From assembly GCA_963662315.1 (NCBI GenBank), contig OY759353.1:256001-320000 (forward strand): DNA of 64,000 nucleotides, written 5' to 3'. The notes under the pieces are model-generated. The model was given only the letters and a program-made list of their open reading frames with translations. It was not told the DNA's origin and searched no databases. The position numbers were made by a program, and so were the translations under genes. Of this stretch, positions 31,120 to 40,349 are shown in pieces (the first letter of the stretch is position 1; each line of letters opens with the position of its first letter). This DNA comes from Geopsychrobacteraceae bacterium (GTDB lineage: Bacteria > Desulfobacterota > Desulfuromonadia > Desulfuromonadales > Geopsychrobacteraceae).

Positions 31120-31803
31120 TTGGCTCTGGACACACACAAGTATTATGCTGCAATTACCGGAGATGTGATCAACTCTTCTGCATTTAATGATAGCAATCGC
31201 GATCTGCTGCATGATTCCATCCAGAAAGTAGGTGCAGAGGTTTACAAGTTTTTCCCAGGGTTTCAGGTCGGGGATCTCTCTATCTTTCGGGGGGACAGTA
31301 TTCAATTTTTGCTTTCTGACCCAGTTGTCTCATTGCGTGTCGCACTGTTTTTCCGTGCCGCCTTTAAAGCGATCCTTCCGAAGCAGAAGGTTGATATGCG
31401 ATTGTCCATCGGGATAGGCACTGTCAGTTTTCTTCCCTCAACTGATCAAGGAGGTGCCGATGGGGAAGCGTACAGATTGTCAGGCGCCTCTTTGGATAAG
31501 CTTTCTGCAAAAGAGACCATGGCCATAAATGTTTCCAGTGAATGGGGAACAGATCTGCAGCGCAGGGCATTTCAGACAATCGCTGTTCTGCTTGGTTTTC
31601 AGGCCGGTGGCTGGACCAGTAAACAGGCGCTGGCAGTTAAATGGGGGATTTTGAATAAAACCCAAGAAGAAATCAGCCGACTCTGGCCTGAAACAGTGTC
31701 CAGGCAGGCCATTGCCAAAAACCTGGATGCGGCCGGCTTCTTTGCCGTTGAGCAGGGTTTGAGGTTTTTTGAGGAGAATAAATTTAACACTTGGCAACCT
31801 TGA
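31120..31803 (+). CDS. SatD family protein (cyclase-like palm domain + C-terminal HTH)
   Basis: AITGDVINSS, FRGDSIQ, RLSIGIG, DGEAYRLSG, WTSKQ...TQEEI...SRQAIAK; AGGAG RBS before TTG. Confidence 0.75.
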   Translation: MALDTHKYYAAITGDVINSSAFNDSNRDLLHDSIQKVGAEVYKFFPGFQVGDLSIFRGDSIQFLLSDPVVSLRVALFFRAAFKAILPKQKVDMRLSIGIGTVSFLPSTDQGGADGEAYRLSGASLDKLSAKETMAINVSSEWGTDLQRRAFQTIAVLLGFQAGGWTSKQALAVKWGILNKTQEEISRLWPETVSRQAIAKNLDAAGFFAVEQGLRFFEENKFNTWQP

Positions 31804-31881
31804 AAGGTTGCTATTGATGAATGCAACCGCTTGGGGTTGCGTTATTGCTGTGCCGTTGAGGTCAGGCAATGAGGGGGGGAT

Positions 31882-32592
31882 GTGCAATTTCTAAATATAG
31901 CAATAGCTTTGGTTGCGGGGCACTTGCTCGGTGATTTTTGCTTGCAAAGCAATCTCATGGTTGCCAATAAAAAACATGTTGGCGTGCTTTTTATCCATGC
32001 TTTCCTTGTTACTTTCGTAACATATCTACTCTGTGGTTCATGGCTGTGCTGGCAGGTTGTTGTTGGCGTATTTTGTTCCCATTTTTTAATTGATGGTATT
32101 AAAATCGCGACAAACAATGATAGCGCTAAAGCCTTTTTGGCCGATCAGTCTGCGCATTTTTTTATTCTTCTGTTGATCGCGTTCTATTGGGTTCCACCAA
32201 CGATACAGCCTTTCTGGTTAACTGTATTTCCGTTTTACAGCAAATGTCTATTACTGCTCAGTGGTGCTTTTCTGGTGATTCAAGTAGGGGGCTACTGGGT
32301 CGGGAAAGCTGTTTCCGGGTTTCAGGGTGCCCTTGGCGCTCCGACTGGATTGCCAAATGCCGGACGTTTAATCGGGCAGCTTGAACGGGGTTTGATCTTC
32401 TTGTTAGTTCTTGTCGGACAGCCCCAGGGGGTGGGTTTTTTGGTAACTGCTAAATCAATTTTACGGTTCGGTGAAATTAAAGATTCGGGGCAGCAGAAGG
32501 AAGCTGAATATATCATCATCGGGACCTTGATGAGTTTTGGCTGGGCGCTTGCTGTCTCTTATGGTGTCAAGTGTCTTTGGGGGCTGATTTGA
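31882..32592 (+). CDS. DUF3307 membrane protein (HxxxD metallo-hydrolase-like)
   Basis: GHLLGDFCLQ, HFLID, DQSAH, GRLIGQLER, AKSILRF, EYIIIGTL. Confidence 0.8.
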   Translation: MQFLNIAIALVAGHLLGDFCLQSNLMVANKKHVGVLFIHAFLVTFVTYLLCGSWLCWQVVVGVFCSHFLIDGIKIATNNDSAKAFLADQSAHFFILLLIAFYWVPPTIQPFWLTVFPFYSKCLLLLSGAFLVIQVGGYWVGKAVSGFQGALGAPTGLPNAGRLIGQLERGLIFLLVLVGQPQGVGFLVTAKSILRFGEIKDSGQQKEAEYIIIGTLMSFGWALAVSYGVKCLWGLI

Positions 32593-32607
32593 TTTATTCC
32601 AATCGCT

Positions 32608-32635
32608 AAGACCGACGGGTCCCGGCCCGCCAGCC
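32608..32635 (+). repeat. Isolated left-end hairpin fragment of the 455-bp repeat
   Basis: aagaccgacgggtcccggcccgccagcc. Confidence 0.7.
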
Positions 32636-32798
32636 TGTCGCAAATTGGAATCTAATTTTTTTATTAAAACTCTTGAATTCATGAAATATGAAGGATATTT
32701 TTACATATTGATTTTTATATGACATAAATCTGGAGGGGAAATATGTTCTGTATCAAGCATCACTTCAGATCTTCCCATCCTCAAACATCCGGGCCGTT

Positions 32799-33374
32799 AT
32801 GAACTATTACGATCAAAACGGCCAAGCATTCTTTGATAGTACTTTCCAGGTTGATATGGAAAGTATCTACGCACCATTTCTGAAAAAATTGCCGCCAGCG
32901 GGTATCATTATTGATGCCGGTTGCGGATCAGGCCGGGACGCTTTGGCGTTCTCCCGGATAGGGTTTCAAGTTGTTGCTTTTGATGCCAGTGAGCAACTGG
33001 TGCAACTGGCAAGGGAAAACACCGGTCTTGATGTAAAGTGCTGTGCCTTTACGGATTTTAGAACTGAACCGCAAAGTATAGACGCCATCTGGGCCTGCGC
33101 ATCGCTGCTGCATGTTCCGTTTTCTCAGTTGGCAGAAACATTCAAACACCTGGCAACGTTTTTAGTGCCAGCAGGAACTTTCTACTGTTCCTTCAAATAT
33201 GGTGATGGCGAGTCTCATCAAGATAATCGTCGTTTCACCAATCTAAATGAAAAGCTCTTAGCAGATGTTATAACCGCAACCGGCCTGCAGATCGAAAAGA
33301 CCTGGCAGAGTGAAGACCTGCGACCTGAACGGGTAGGGGAGATGTGGTTGAATGCGATTTTGGTTAAATGCTGA
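32799..33374 (+). CDS. Class I SAM-dependent methyltransferase
   Basis: IDAGCGSGRD, AFDAS, IWACASLLH, SFKYG, WLNAI. Confidence 0.88.
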   Translation: MNYYDQNGQAFFDSTFQVDMESIYAPFLKKLPPAGIIIDAGCGSGRDALAFSRIGFQVVAFDASEQLVQLARENTGLDVKCCAFTDFRTEPQSIDAIWACASLLHVPFSQLAETFKHLATFLVPAGTFYCSFKYGDGESHQDNRRFTNLNEKLLADVITATGLQIEKTWQSEDLRPERVGEMWLNAILVKC

Positions 33375-33384
33375 TGAGGAGCTT

Positions 33385-33567
33385 ATGGCGCTTGAGGATT
33401 ACATTGATAAGTTCAGCCATCTGAACATGAACGCCAATGGCGGGCGCAAAAGTCCCCATAAAGTGTGCATGTTGTTGGCGGTGATGGATCTGATCCTGGC
33501 GTTAAAAACTGGGGAGTGTCTCTCATTTTGTACCACTCTTTTAAATATTAGGGGGAAAAATGCCTAG
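33385..33567 (+). pseudogene. N-terminal remnant of a putative restriction endonuclease (SBD/HNH type)
   Basis: MALEDYIDKFSHLN...SPHKVCMLLAVMDLI resembles the N-terminus of HNH restriction nucleases. The resemblance appears to stop at the hairpin near 33505. Confidence 0.55.
33477..33519 (+). repeat. 43-bp direct repeat, copy 1 (copy 2 at 35138..35180)
   Basis: ggcggtgatggatctgatcc(t/a)ggcgttaaaaactggg(g/a)agtgt. Confidence 0.9.
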
Positions 33568-34567
33568 CGGGATTTCGCACATTCTTTTAAGCCGTTATCT
33601 TGATATTCCAGATGATCGGCTGTATCGGTATCAACTTAAGAAAAATGCACGTTACTTTCAGATTGGTAGCATAGCTCCTGATTTGCCGTATGCAAGTTTG
33701 GTCGATGATGATTTCCTTGATTCGGATAGTGAACTTGCCAATTTGTTCCACTATACCCATCCCAATCAAGATCCTGATTTATCGCCAAATCGTTTGCCTT
33801 TGCTGGGGTTAAATCAAGTACAGAAACGGTTGTTGGCAGGTGAGAACAAAAGAGAATGCGACGCTTTTTTTTGGTTTATGGTTGGTTATGCCTCTCATCT
33901 TATTGCTGATGGTGTTTGTCATCCCTTTGTTATGGATAAGGTAGGTCGTTATGAAGGGGATAATAAAGCAGAGCATCGAGCTTTAGAAATGGGGATTGAT
34001 GTTCTTCTTTTTAAATTTTTTACTGAGCTCAGTGGGCATGAAATAGAGGCGAGTTATGCCAGAGAGGATAGTTATATAAAGGGCTTTAACCAGTTAACAT
34101 ATTCTGGATCTGTATGTACATATTTCTCTGATCTGATCCATACGATATATGGGATTGATGTTGCTCCAAATGAAGTTTCTGGGTGGGTTGAAGGTATGGG
34201 ACGGCTTTTTTGTTTATCAACCGGGAAATGGCCAGCATGGCTTCGTAATCTTGATGAAACCCGTCCATATGTGTTTCGGCAAATAAAGGACCTTGACGGA
34301 ATAAAGGATGACTACCTTGTCTTAGAATCGCCAAAATTTTGGGATGCTAATTTCCTTGGGAAAAATAGGGTTCACTTTTTTGAAGATTGCCTTCCTCGAT
34401 TTGATAAATTGATGCTCGCTTTCATAGATAAGGCTTGGGCATTTGTTTACGAACAAGGTCCTGCACTAACTGAAGCCGATTTGCCCGCATATAGCCTGGA
34501 TACAGGACGTGTTGTCGCCGACTATGACAATATCGAGCTTACCCCTGCTCAGTGGGAGGTCGCATGA
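33560..34567 (+). CDS. Zinc-dependent phospholipase C family protein
   Basis: MPSGISH, GSIAPD, FH, GYASHLIADGVCHP, HRALEMGID metal-binding pattern. Confidence 0.72.
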   Translation: MPSGISHILLSRYLDIPDDRLYRYQLKKNARYFQIGSIAPDLPYASLVDDDFLDSDSELANLFHYTHPNQDPDLSPNRLPLLGLNQVQKRLLAGENKRECDAFFWFMVGYASHLIADGVCHPFVMDKVGRYEGDNKAEHRALEMGIDVLLFKFFTELSGHEIEASYAREDSYIKGFNQLTYSGSVCTYFSDLIHTIYGIDVAPNEVSGWVEGMGRLFCLSTGKWPAWLRNLDETRPYVFRQIKDLDGIKDDYLVLESPKFWDANFLGKNRVHFFEDCLPRFDKLMLAFIDKAWAFVYEQGPALTEADLPAYSLDTGRVVADYDNIELTPAQWEVA

Positions 34568-35010
34568 AACCTTTTGGCAAGCTAATTATTCTGAGTTTTC
34601 TCCTGCTTTGCACCTCCTGCGCGTACTTCACAGGTGGGGTTGATGATGTCGAGAGAGATGAATTTTTCAATAAACTTCCCATGATCAACGAAGAAATATT
34701 GGGGAACTTAAAATACGATGACCCGACTCTCAATTTGCAATCACTTGGGATAAATAGTTATGCCGAGCTTTTTTCGCAGCTTGATATGACGGATGATTAT
34801 CAGCGAGTTATAACTTATATCGATAAAAGTGCTGCTGAGAAAAAACTCCTTATTTTGAAAGACACTTTTGTCGTTTGTCTTCGTTCGGAGAAAAAACAGT
34901 ATCTGCTTTGTGACGATGCCGAGAGCACAGGGGCTGATAAGGTCTTGGTCGATCGAGAGTTGCCACTGTTGCAAGATGCTTTTGACAGTTTTTCCAAGTC
35001 CTTTGAGTAA
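34564..35010 (+). CDS. Putative lipoprotein
   Basis: MKPFGKLIILSFLLLCTSC lipobox-like signal; ATGA overlap with the PLC stop codon. Confidence 0.7.
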   Translation: MKPFGKLIILSFLLLCTSCAYFTGGVDDVERDEFFNKLPMINEEILGNLKYDDPTLNLQSLGINSYAELFSQLDMTDDYQRVITYIDKSAAEKKLLILKDTFVVCLRSEKKQYLLCDDAESTGADKVLVDRELPLLQDAFDSFSKSFE

Positions 35011-35289
35011 ATATATATGCTGAGCTAGTTGACTTTGGAATCAATTGATACCGTACTTGTTTTGTGGCTTGGCCATATCCAGAAGCAAAATCGAATATGA
35101 AACGACCAAGTCATAAAGAATTGTCAGGCAAGCTTCAGGCGGTGATGGATCTGATCCAGGCGTTAAAAACTGGGAAGTGTTTGAATGCATAAGTAACGAA
35201 AGAGGAAGCCTCCAGATGGCGGACAGTTCATAATATGAACAGGCGGGGTCGAATTCATCGCCCCGAGTCAGACCCAAAAGGAGGCTTCC

Positions 35290-36318
35290 ATGGAAAGTAT
35301 TCACTACATTGGCCTGGACGTCCACAAGAAAACCATCGCCTATTGCATCAAGAACATGAGCGGCAAAATGATTGATCAAGGGATCGTTGGAACTGAGCGC
35401 AGGGCTCTTCGGACGTGGCTATCGGCCTTGCCTGGCCCCTGGATGGGGGCTATGGAAGCGACACTGTTCACTGGCTGGATTTACGATTTTCTCAAACCAC
35501 ACGCGATTGAGCTGAAGGTTGCTCATCCGGAAATGCTCAAGGCGATTACTGCGGCAAAGAAGAAAAATGACCGGGCAGATGCTGAAAAGCTGGCGGATCT
35601 TCTACGAGTCAATCTTCTGCCCGAATGCACCATGATGTCCGAAGAGCTCCGGGAATTACGGCGTATTCTTCGTTATCGGAATATGGTGGTCCGCACGGCA
35701 GTGCAAATGAAAAATAAAATGGCCGGATTAATGATGGAAGTCGGCGCGACCTACGACAAAAAACGGTTGTATGGGAGCAAATACTTCAATCAACTGATGG
35801 AGCGGGTAGGCGATGTGCCCGATTCGGTCAAAGAGCTGTTACAACTGAGCCGCAGTAATCTAGAGCTGTTTACCGCCATCCAGAAGAAATTGGTTCGGAC
35901 TCTCCGGGAAAATGAACTGATTCGGCAGAGAGTTGAGCTTTTGATGAGCATTGCCGGGGTTGGAGAAATTATGGCTTTGACCTGGGTGTTGGAGATCGGT
36001 GATCCAACCCGCTTTCCCTCCAGTCGGGAAGCCATCAGCTATTGCGGACTCTGCAGTGCACAACGGGAATCGGCCGGGAAAGATCAACGAGGGCCACTCT
36101 CCAAAAAACGCAACAAGCACCTGCAGACCATGCTCATTGAAGCCGCTAAGCTAGCCCCACGATGGAATATTCAACTGGCGGAATTGCATGAAAAAGAGTT
36201 GACCAAAGGCAATCGCAACCGAGCCACTTTAGCTGTTGCACGCAAGCTGGTTGAATATCTGTTGGCCGTTGATCGACGTGGTACAGCTTTTGAGGAGAGA
36301 CAATCTCAGGTCGCCTGA
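35290..36318 (+). CDS. IS110 family DEDD transposase/recombinase
   Basis: IGLDVHK, AMEAT, KKNDRADA, SIAGVG, YCGL...ESAG, AVARKL. Confidence 0.95.
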   Translation: MESIHYIGLDVHKKTIAYCIKNMSGKMIDQGIVGTERRALRTWLSALPGPWMGAMEATLFTGWIYDFLKPHAIELKVAHPEMLKAITAAKKKNDRADAEKLADLLRVNLLPECTMMSEELRELRRILRYRNMVVRTAVQMKNKMAGLMMEVGATYDKKRLYGSKYFNQLMERVGDVPDSVKELLQLSRSNLELFTAIQKKLVRTLRENELIRQRVELLMSIAGVGEIMALTWVLEIGDPTRFPSSREAISYCGLCSAQRESAGKDQRGPLSKKRNKHLQTMLIEAAKLAPRWNIQLAELHEKELTKGNRNRATLAVARKLVEYLLAVDRRGTAFEERQSQVA

Positions 36319-36324
36319 GTTGGA

Positions 36325-36500
36325 GAAAAACAGATACTCTTTACATCAAACGATCTTCCCGCCGGGCCTTGCGGACTAGGGACTACGTGAGCTTCGCTGC
36401 ACGACATTGGGAGTGTTTCAAGGCTGGCGGGTTGGCCCAAACTCAATCTTCTGTGAAGGGATGATATCCCGGAGACAGCACATGGATGTCTGGTCGCTGA
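36325..36500 (+). ncRNA. Predicted bridge RNA/seekRNA in the IS right end (boundaries approximate)
   Basis: A stem-enclosed internal loop carries ACTAGGGAC and GGGAGTGT, matching the two sides of the insertion site; CATGGATGT matches the element's own right end. Confidence 0.75.
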
Positions 36501-36648
36501 TTTAGCGGACCAAAAGAATAGATTAAAAAGATCGAAGGATGCAAAGGACAAGGAAAAACAGAGTCGCCACCGGGAGTAGGCCCGCGAGGTAAAGGGAAAC
36601 CTCCGCTTTCCCCTTGACTTTACTTATCATGGATGTCCCTAGTTTTCC

Positions 36649-36826
36649 CAAATATGGTGATGACCAGGTCGAACGTAATGATCGTCATTTTACCAACCTA
36701 AATGAAAAGCTCTTAGCAGATGTTATAACCGCAACTGGGCTGCAGATCGATACGACCTGGCAGAGCGAAGACCTGCGCCCGGATCGGGTAGGGGAGATGT
36801 GGTTGACTGCGATTTTGGTGAAATAA
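36649..36826 (+). pseudogene. Diverged duplicate of the 3' end of the 32799..33374 methyltransferase
   Basis: KYGD...FTNLNEKLLADVITATGLQI..TWQSEDLRP.RVGEMWL.AILVK; DNA matches 33194..33370. Confidence 0.88.
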
Positions 36827-36895
36827 TCTTACAGCAAATGCTATAAAAGCCCTTTTGATTGCCTGCTAGATTTAAGGGAAGAGTCTGTTAGTAAA

Positions 36896-38455
36896 ATGAG
36901 AATACCTATTATTGATTTGTTTGCAGGGCCGGGAGGATTAGGTGAGGGATTCAGCCAAGTTGGTTGGCGTGAGGGAAATCCGTTTTTTAGGATTGGGCTT
37001 TCTGTTGAAAAAGAAGTTTTTGCACACAGGACTTTAAGGTTGCGGAGCTTTATCCGTCAATTTCCTTATAACGAAATTCCGGAAGAATATTTTCAATTTC
37101 TGAGAGAAGGTAAACAGCCCGAAGAATTGTTTTTAATAGATAAATATAAGGAGCAGGCCGATTCTGCAGAAAATGAAGCTTGGCACGAGACTTTACGAGA
37201 TGATGCTGATTTTAATAAAAAACTGGACGAGCGTATTAGTCTTGCTCTTGATGGAAATAAGAATTGGGTATTGATTGGAGGCCCTCCTTGCCAAGCATAC
37301 TCACTGGCTGGACGGTCACGCAATAAGGGAAAGAAAGATTATATTCCTGAAAAAGATCATCGTCATTTTCTCTATCAGGAATATTTACGAATTATTGGTG
37401 AGCACAAGCCGGCAGTGTTTGTCATGGAAAATGTTAAAGGGATTCTTACCTCTAAGGTAGGCGGGAGCCCTATTTTTAAACAGATCCTTAATGATCTAAG
37501 AAGTCCAATGAACGGTAATGGCTGTAAGTATAGAATATTTTCATTGGTTGCTCCTGCCGAAGAAGTCAATGAAAACGGTGATCCTCTTTTTGATGATCGT
37601 GACTTTATTATCAGGGCTGAAGAGTATGGAATTCCGCAGGCGAGGCATAGAGTTATTTTACTTGGCGTAAGAGAAGATATTGTTGAAAAAGGGATTATTC
37701 CAGAAATTTTACAAAAAAGAAAACAGGTAAGTCTTTATAAAATTCTTACTCTTCCTCCCTTAAGAAGTGGTATTTCCAGGGGGAACTTTACCGGGGAAGA
37801 ATGGTTAAGGGCAGTAAAAAGTTTTCGAATTAAAGAACTGAGAAACGAGATCGTAAAGATCTCTGACCACAGAACAATGGATCGGCTTTGGGACGCTTTG
37901 AAGGAACTCAGCATTCCTGCAAGTGATATGGGGGGGAACTTCGTGACGAAATCGCCGACTCGGATTGCAGACATATTTTTGGAAGGTTGGTATGAAGATT
38001 CTAGAATTGGCGGTGTTTATAATCATTTAGCACGGACGCACATGGTCTCCGATCTTCATAGATATATATATGCAGCCAGTTTTGCCAAATCCAGAGGGAT
38101 ATCTCCACGGATGGCTGAATTTCCGGAGGATCTTAAGCCGGATCACAAAAATAGGGACACTGGTGATTTTAATGACCGCTTCAGGGTTCAGGTGACAGGG
38201 AAGCCTGCAACCACAGTAACCTGTCATATTTCAAAAGACGGTCATTATTTTATTCACCCCGATCCATCTCAATGCAGGAGTTTGACTGTCAGGGAGGCTG
38301 CTCGTATTCAGACTTTCCCGGATAACTATTTTTTCTGTGGAAACAAGACAGAACAATACATACAGGTTGGAAATGCTGTTCCGCCACTTCTGGCCAATAA
38401 AATTGCGCTGATTGTTAAAAAAGTGCTTGTTGAGGCGTTTGGTAACAATGGCTGA
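36896..38455 (+). CDS. dcm: DNA (cytosine-5)-methyltransferase
   Basis: DLFAGPGG, GGPPCQ, MENV, PQARHR, RSLTVREAARIQTFPD, QVGNAVPP. Confidence 0.95.
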   Translation: MRIPIIDLFAGPGGLGEGFSQVGWREGNPFFRIGLSVEKEVFAHRTLRLRSFIRQFPYNEIPEEYFQFLREGKQPEELFLIDKYKEQADSAENEAWHETLRDDADFNKKLDERISLALDGNKNWVLIGGPPCQAYSLAGRSRNKGKKDYIPEKDHRHFLYQEYLRIIGEHKPAVFVMENVKGILTSKVGGSPIFKQILNDLRSPMNGNGCKYRIFSLVAPAEEVNENGDPLFDDRDFIIRAEEYGIPQARHRVILLGVREDIVEKGIIPEILQKRKQVSLYKILTLPPLRSGISRGNFTGEEWLRAVKSFRIKELRNEIVKISDHRTMDRLWDALKELSIPASDMGGNFVTKSPTRIADIFLEGWYEDSRIGGVYNHLARTHMVSDLHRYIYAASFAKSRGISPRMAEFPEDLKPDHKNRDTGDFNDRFRVQVTGKPATTVTCHISKDGHYFIHPDPSQCRSLTVREAARIQTFPDNYFFCGNKTEQYIQVGNAVPPLLANKIALIVKKVLVEAFGNNG

Positions 38456-38858
38456 CAGGATAACCAAAGAACGACGCAGCTGGAATATGTCCAGAATTCG
38501 TTCCAAGGATACCACTCCTGAAATGCGTGTGAGATCTTTTCTTCATCGTAAAGGTTACCGCTTCAGACTTCATGATAAAAAACTCCCAGGCAGTCCCGAT
38601 ATTGTTCTCAAAAAATATCGGACTGCCATTTTTGTTCATGGGTGCTACTGGCATAGACATACAGGTTGTAAAAACGCTTACTCTCCCAAGAGTCGTGTTG
38701 AATTCTGGGAGGAAAAATTCAGGCAGAATGTTGAAAGAGATCAAACGAAAGAAAGGCTGCTTTATGATGCGGGATGGAATGTTCTGACTGTATGGGAGTG
38801 TGAAACGAAATCACCTGAGCAGATTGAGCATGCTTTACGTGTATTTCTTAGAAAATGA
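38448..38858 (+). CDS. vsr: Very short patch repair endonuclease
   Basis: RRSWNMSRIRSKDTTPE, LPGSPD, FVHGCYWH, WEEK..NVERD, VWECE. Confidence 0.95.
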   Translation: MADRITKERRSWNMSRIRSKDTTPEMRVRSFLHRKGYRFRLHDKKLPGSPDIVLKKYRTAIFVHGCYWHRHTGCKNAYSPKSRVEFWEEKFRQNVERDQTKERLLYDAGWNVLTVWECETKSPEQIEHALRVFLRK

Positions 38859-40349
38859 ATGGAGCTTTTAATGCGGGAAGTGCCACTACCACCACGAGCA
38901 GCTGCATTATCCGAGTCGATGAGGGACTTGGGATACTCTCTTGATGCTGCCGTTGCTGATCTGATAGATAACAGCATCACTGCGGGAGCATCTCGGGTTG
39001 ATATCTATTCTGATGTTCTCAGTTCAGGTGCTTGCCTGGCAATTGTTGATGATGGATCAGGCATGAGTGATGAGGAACTACAGGTAGCCATGCGCCATGG
39101 TTCCAGAAGTCCGCGTGAAAAAAGGTCGAAAGATGACCTCGGACGGTTTGGTCTTGGATTGAAGACCGCTTCTTTTTCGCAATGCAGCAAGCTAACTGTG
39201 GTCAGTTGTAAGAATGGCAAGAGGTCCGCTGCTTTATGGGACCTAGCTCTGGTTACTGAACGCGATGACTGGATTATCTGTGTGCTGGATGATGGTGAAA
39301 TTTTAAACCTTCCATATATAGACAAACTTGTAGGCGATGGGACACTAGTACTCTGGCAGGATCTGGATCGATTGTGTGAAGGCGATAATGAGGTTGTTAA
39401 CGAGAAGCTGGTAAATGAAAAAGTCAGGGAAGTAGCGAAACATCTTTCACTTGTATTTCACCGGTACCTATCTGGTGAAATCAAAGGAAAAAAACTTAAG
39501 ATATTTATAAATTATCACATGCTGGAGGCTTTTGATCCGTTCTGTATTTCTAATAAAGCAACGGACTCTCTTCGACAGGAAGTCATCCGAATTGATGGAG
39601 AGAAAGTTGTCATCCAACCATTCATACTGCCGCATCACAGCAAATTATCTGAGAAAGAAAAGGACTTCTATAACAGCAGAAGTGATTTTCTTAATAATCA
39701 GGGCGTCTATGTGTACAGGAATGGCAGGTTGATGGCTTGGGGTGACTGGTTCCGTCTGATTCCCAAAGGTGAGGCAACCAAGCTTGCTAGGGTAAAGATA
39801 GATTTTCCAAATACTATGGATGAGCATTGGACAATTGATATCAAAAAATCCAGAGCATACCCTCCTCATCAGGTAAGAGAACAGATTCGTAAGATAATTG
39901 GCAATATCGCAGAGGGCAGCACACGTGTAATCAAAGGGAAGGGGAAAAGGCTGTACGACAGAAATCCGAAGCCGATCTGGGTTAGAACTGCAGGGCAGGG
40001 AGTAATCGAATATTCTCTTGATCGTGCACATCCTGTGATCAGTTCCGTACAGGAGTCACTTGAGGATTATGAACGCAGGAAAGTAGAAGAGGTCCTTTCT
40101 ATTGTCGAAGATTCGCTTCCTATTGAGTCTATTTATGCTGACTACACAGTCAGCCCTCGGGATTTTGAAAAAACAACCGATGTTGAAATAGATGAGATTA
40201 TTAGAAGGCTGGAAGATGTCTGGAGTATTCTGTCTGTCACTCAGGGCATTTCAGAAAAATCTTTCAGGGACGTTGTCAGTTCGGTAAAGCCGTTTTCTGA
40301 TTATCCGGAAATTATTAATGAGTTTGTTGGGGGGAAATATAATGCTTAA
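38859..40349 (+). CDS. GHKL/MORC-type (MutL-like) ATPase
   Basis: GYSLDAAVADLIDNS, DDGSGM, DLGRFGLGLKTASFSQ, GT, QGVYVYRNGRL. Confidence 0.9.
   Translation: MELLMREVPLPPRAAALSESMRDLGYSLDAAVADLIDNSITAGASRVDIYSDVLSSGACLAIVDDGSGMSDEELQVAMRHGSRSPREKRSKDDLGRFGLGLKTASFSQCSKLTVVSCKNGKRSAALWDLALVTERDDWIICVLDDGEILNLPYIDKLVGDGTLVLWQDLDRLCEGDNEVVNEKLVNEKVREVAKHLSLVFHRYLSGEIKGKKLKIFINYHMLEAFDPFCISNKATDSLRQEVIRIDGEKVVIQPFILPHHSKLSEKEKDFYNSRSDFLNNQGVYVYRNGRLMAWGDWFRLIPKGEATKLARVKIDFPNTMDEHWTIDIKKSRAYPPHQVREQIRKIIGNIAEGSTRVIKGKGKRLYDRNPKPIWVRTAGQGVIEYSLDRAHPVISSVQESLEDYERRKVEEVLSIVEDSLPIESIYADYTVSPRDFEKTTDVEIDEIIRRLEDVWSILSVTQGISEKSFRDVVSSVKPFSDYPEIINEFVGGKYNA

Larger units (their letters stand above)
35181..36636 (+). 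mobile_element. IS110-family (IS1111-type) insertion sequence
   Basis: Sub-terminal IRs ATAAGTAA (35189-35196) / TTACTTAT (36620-36627); TGT core at both junctions; TTGACT -35 near the right end; short left end and ~320-bp right end. Confidence 0.88.
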
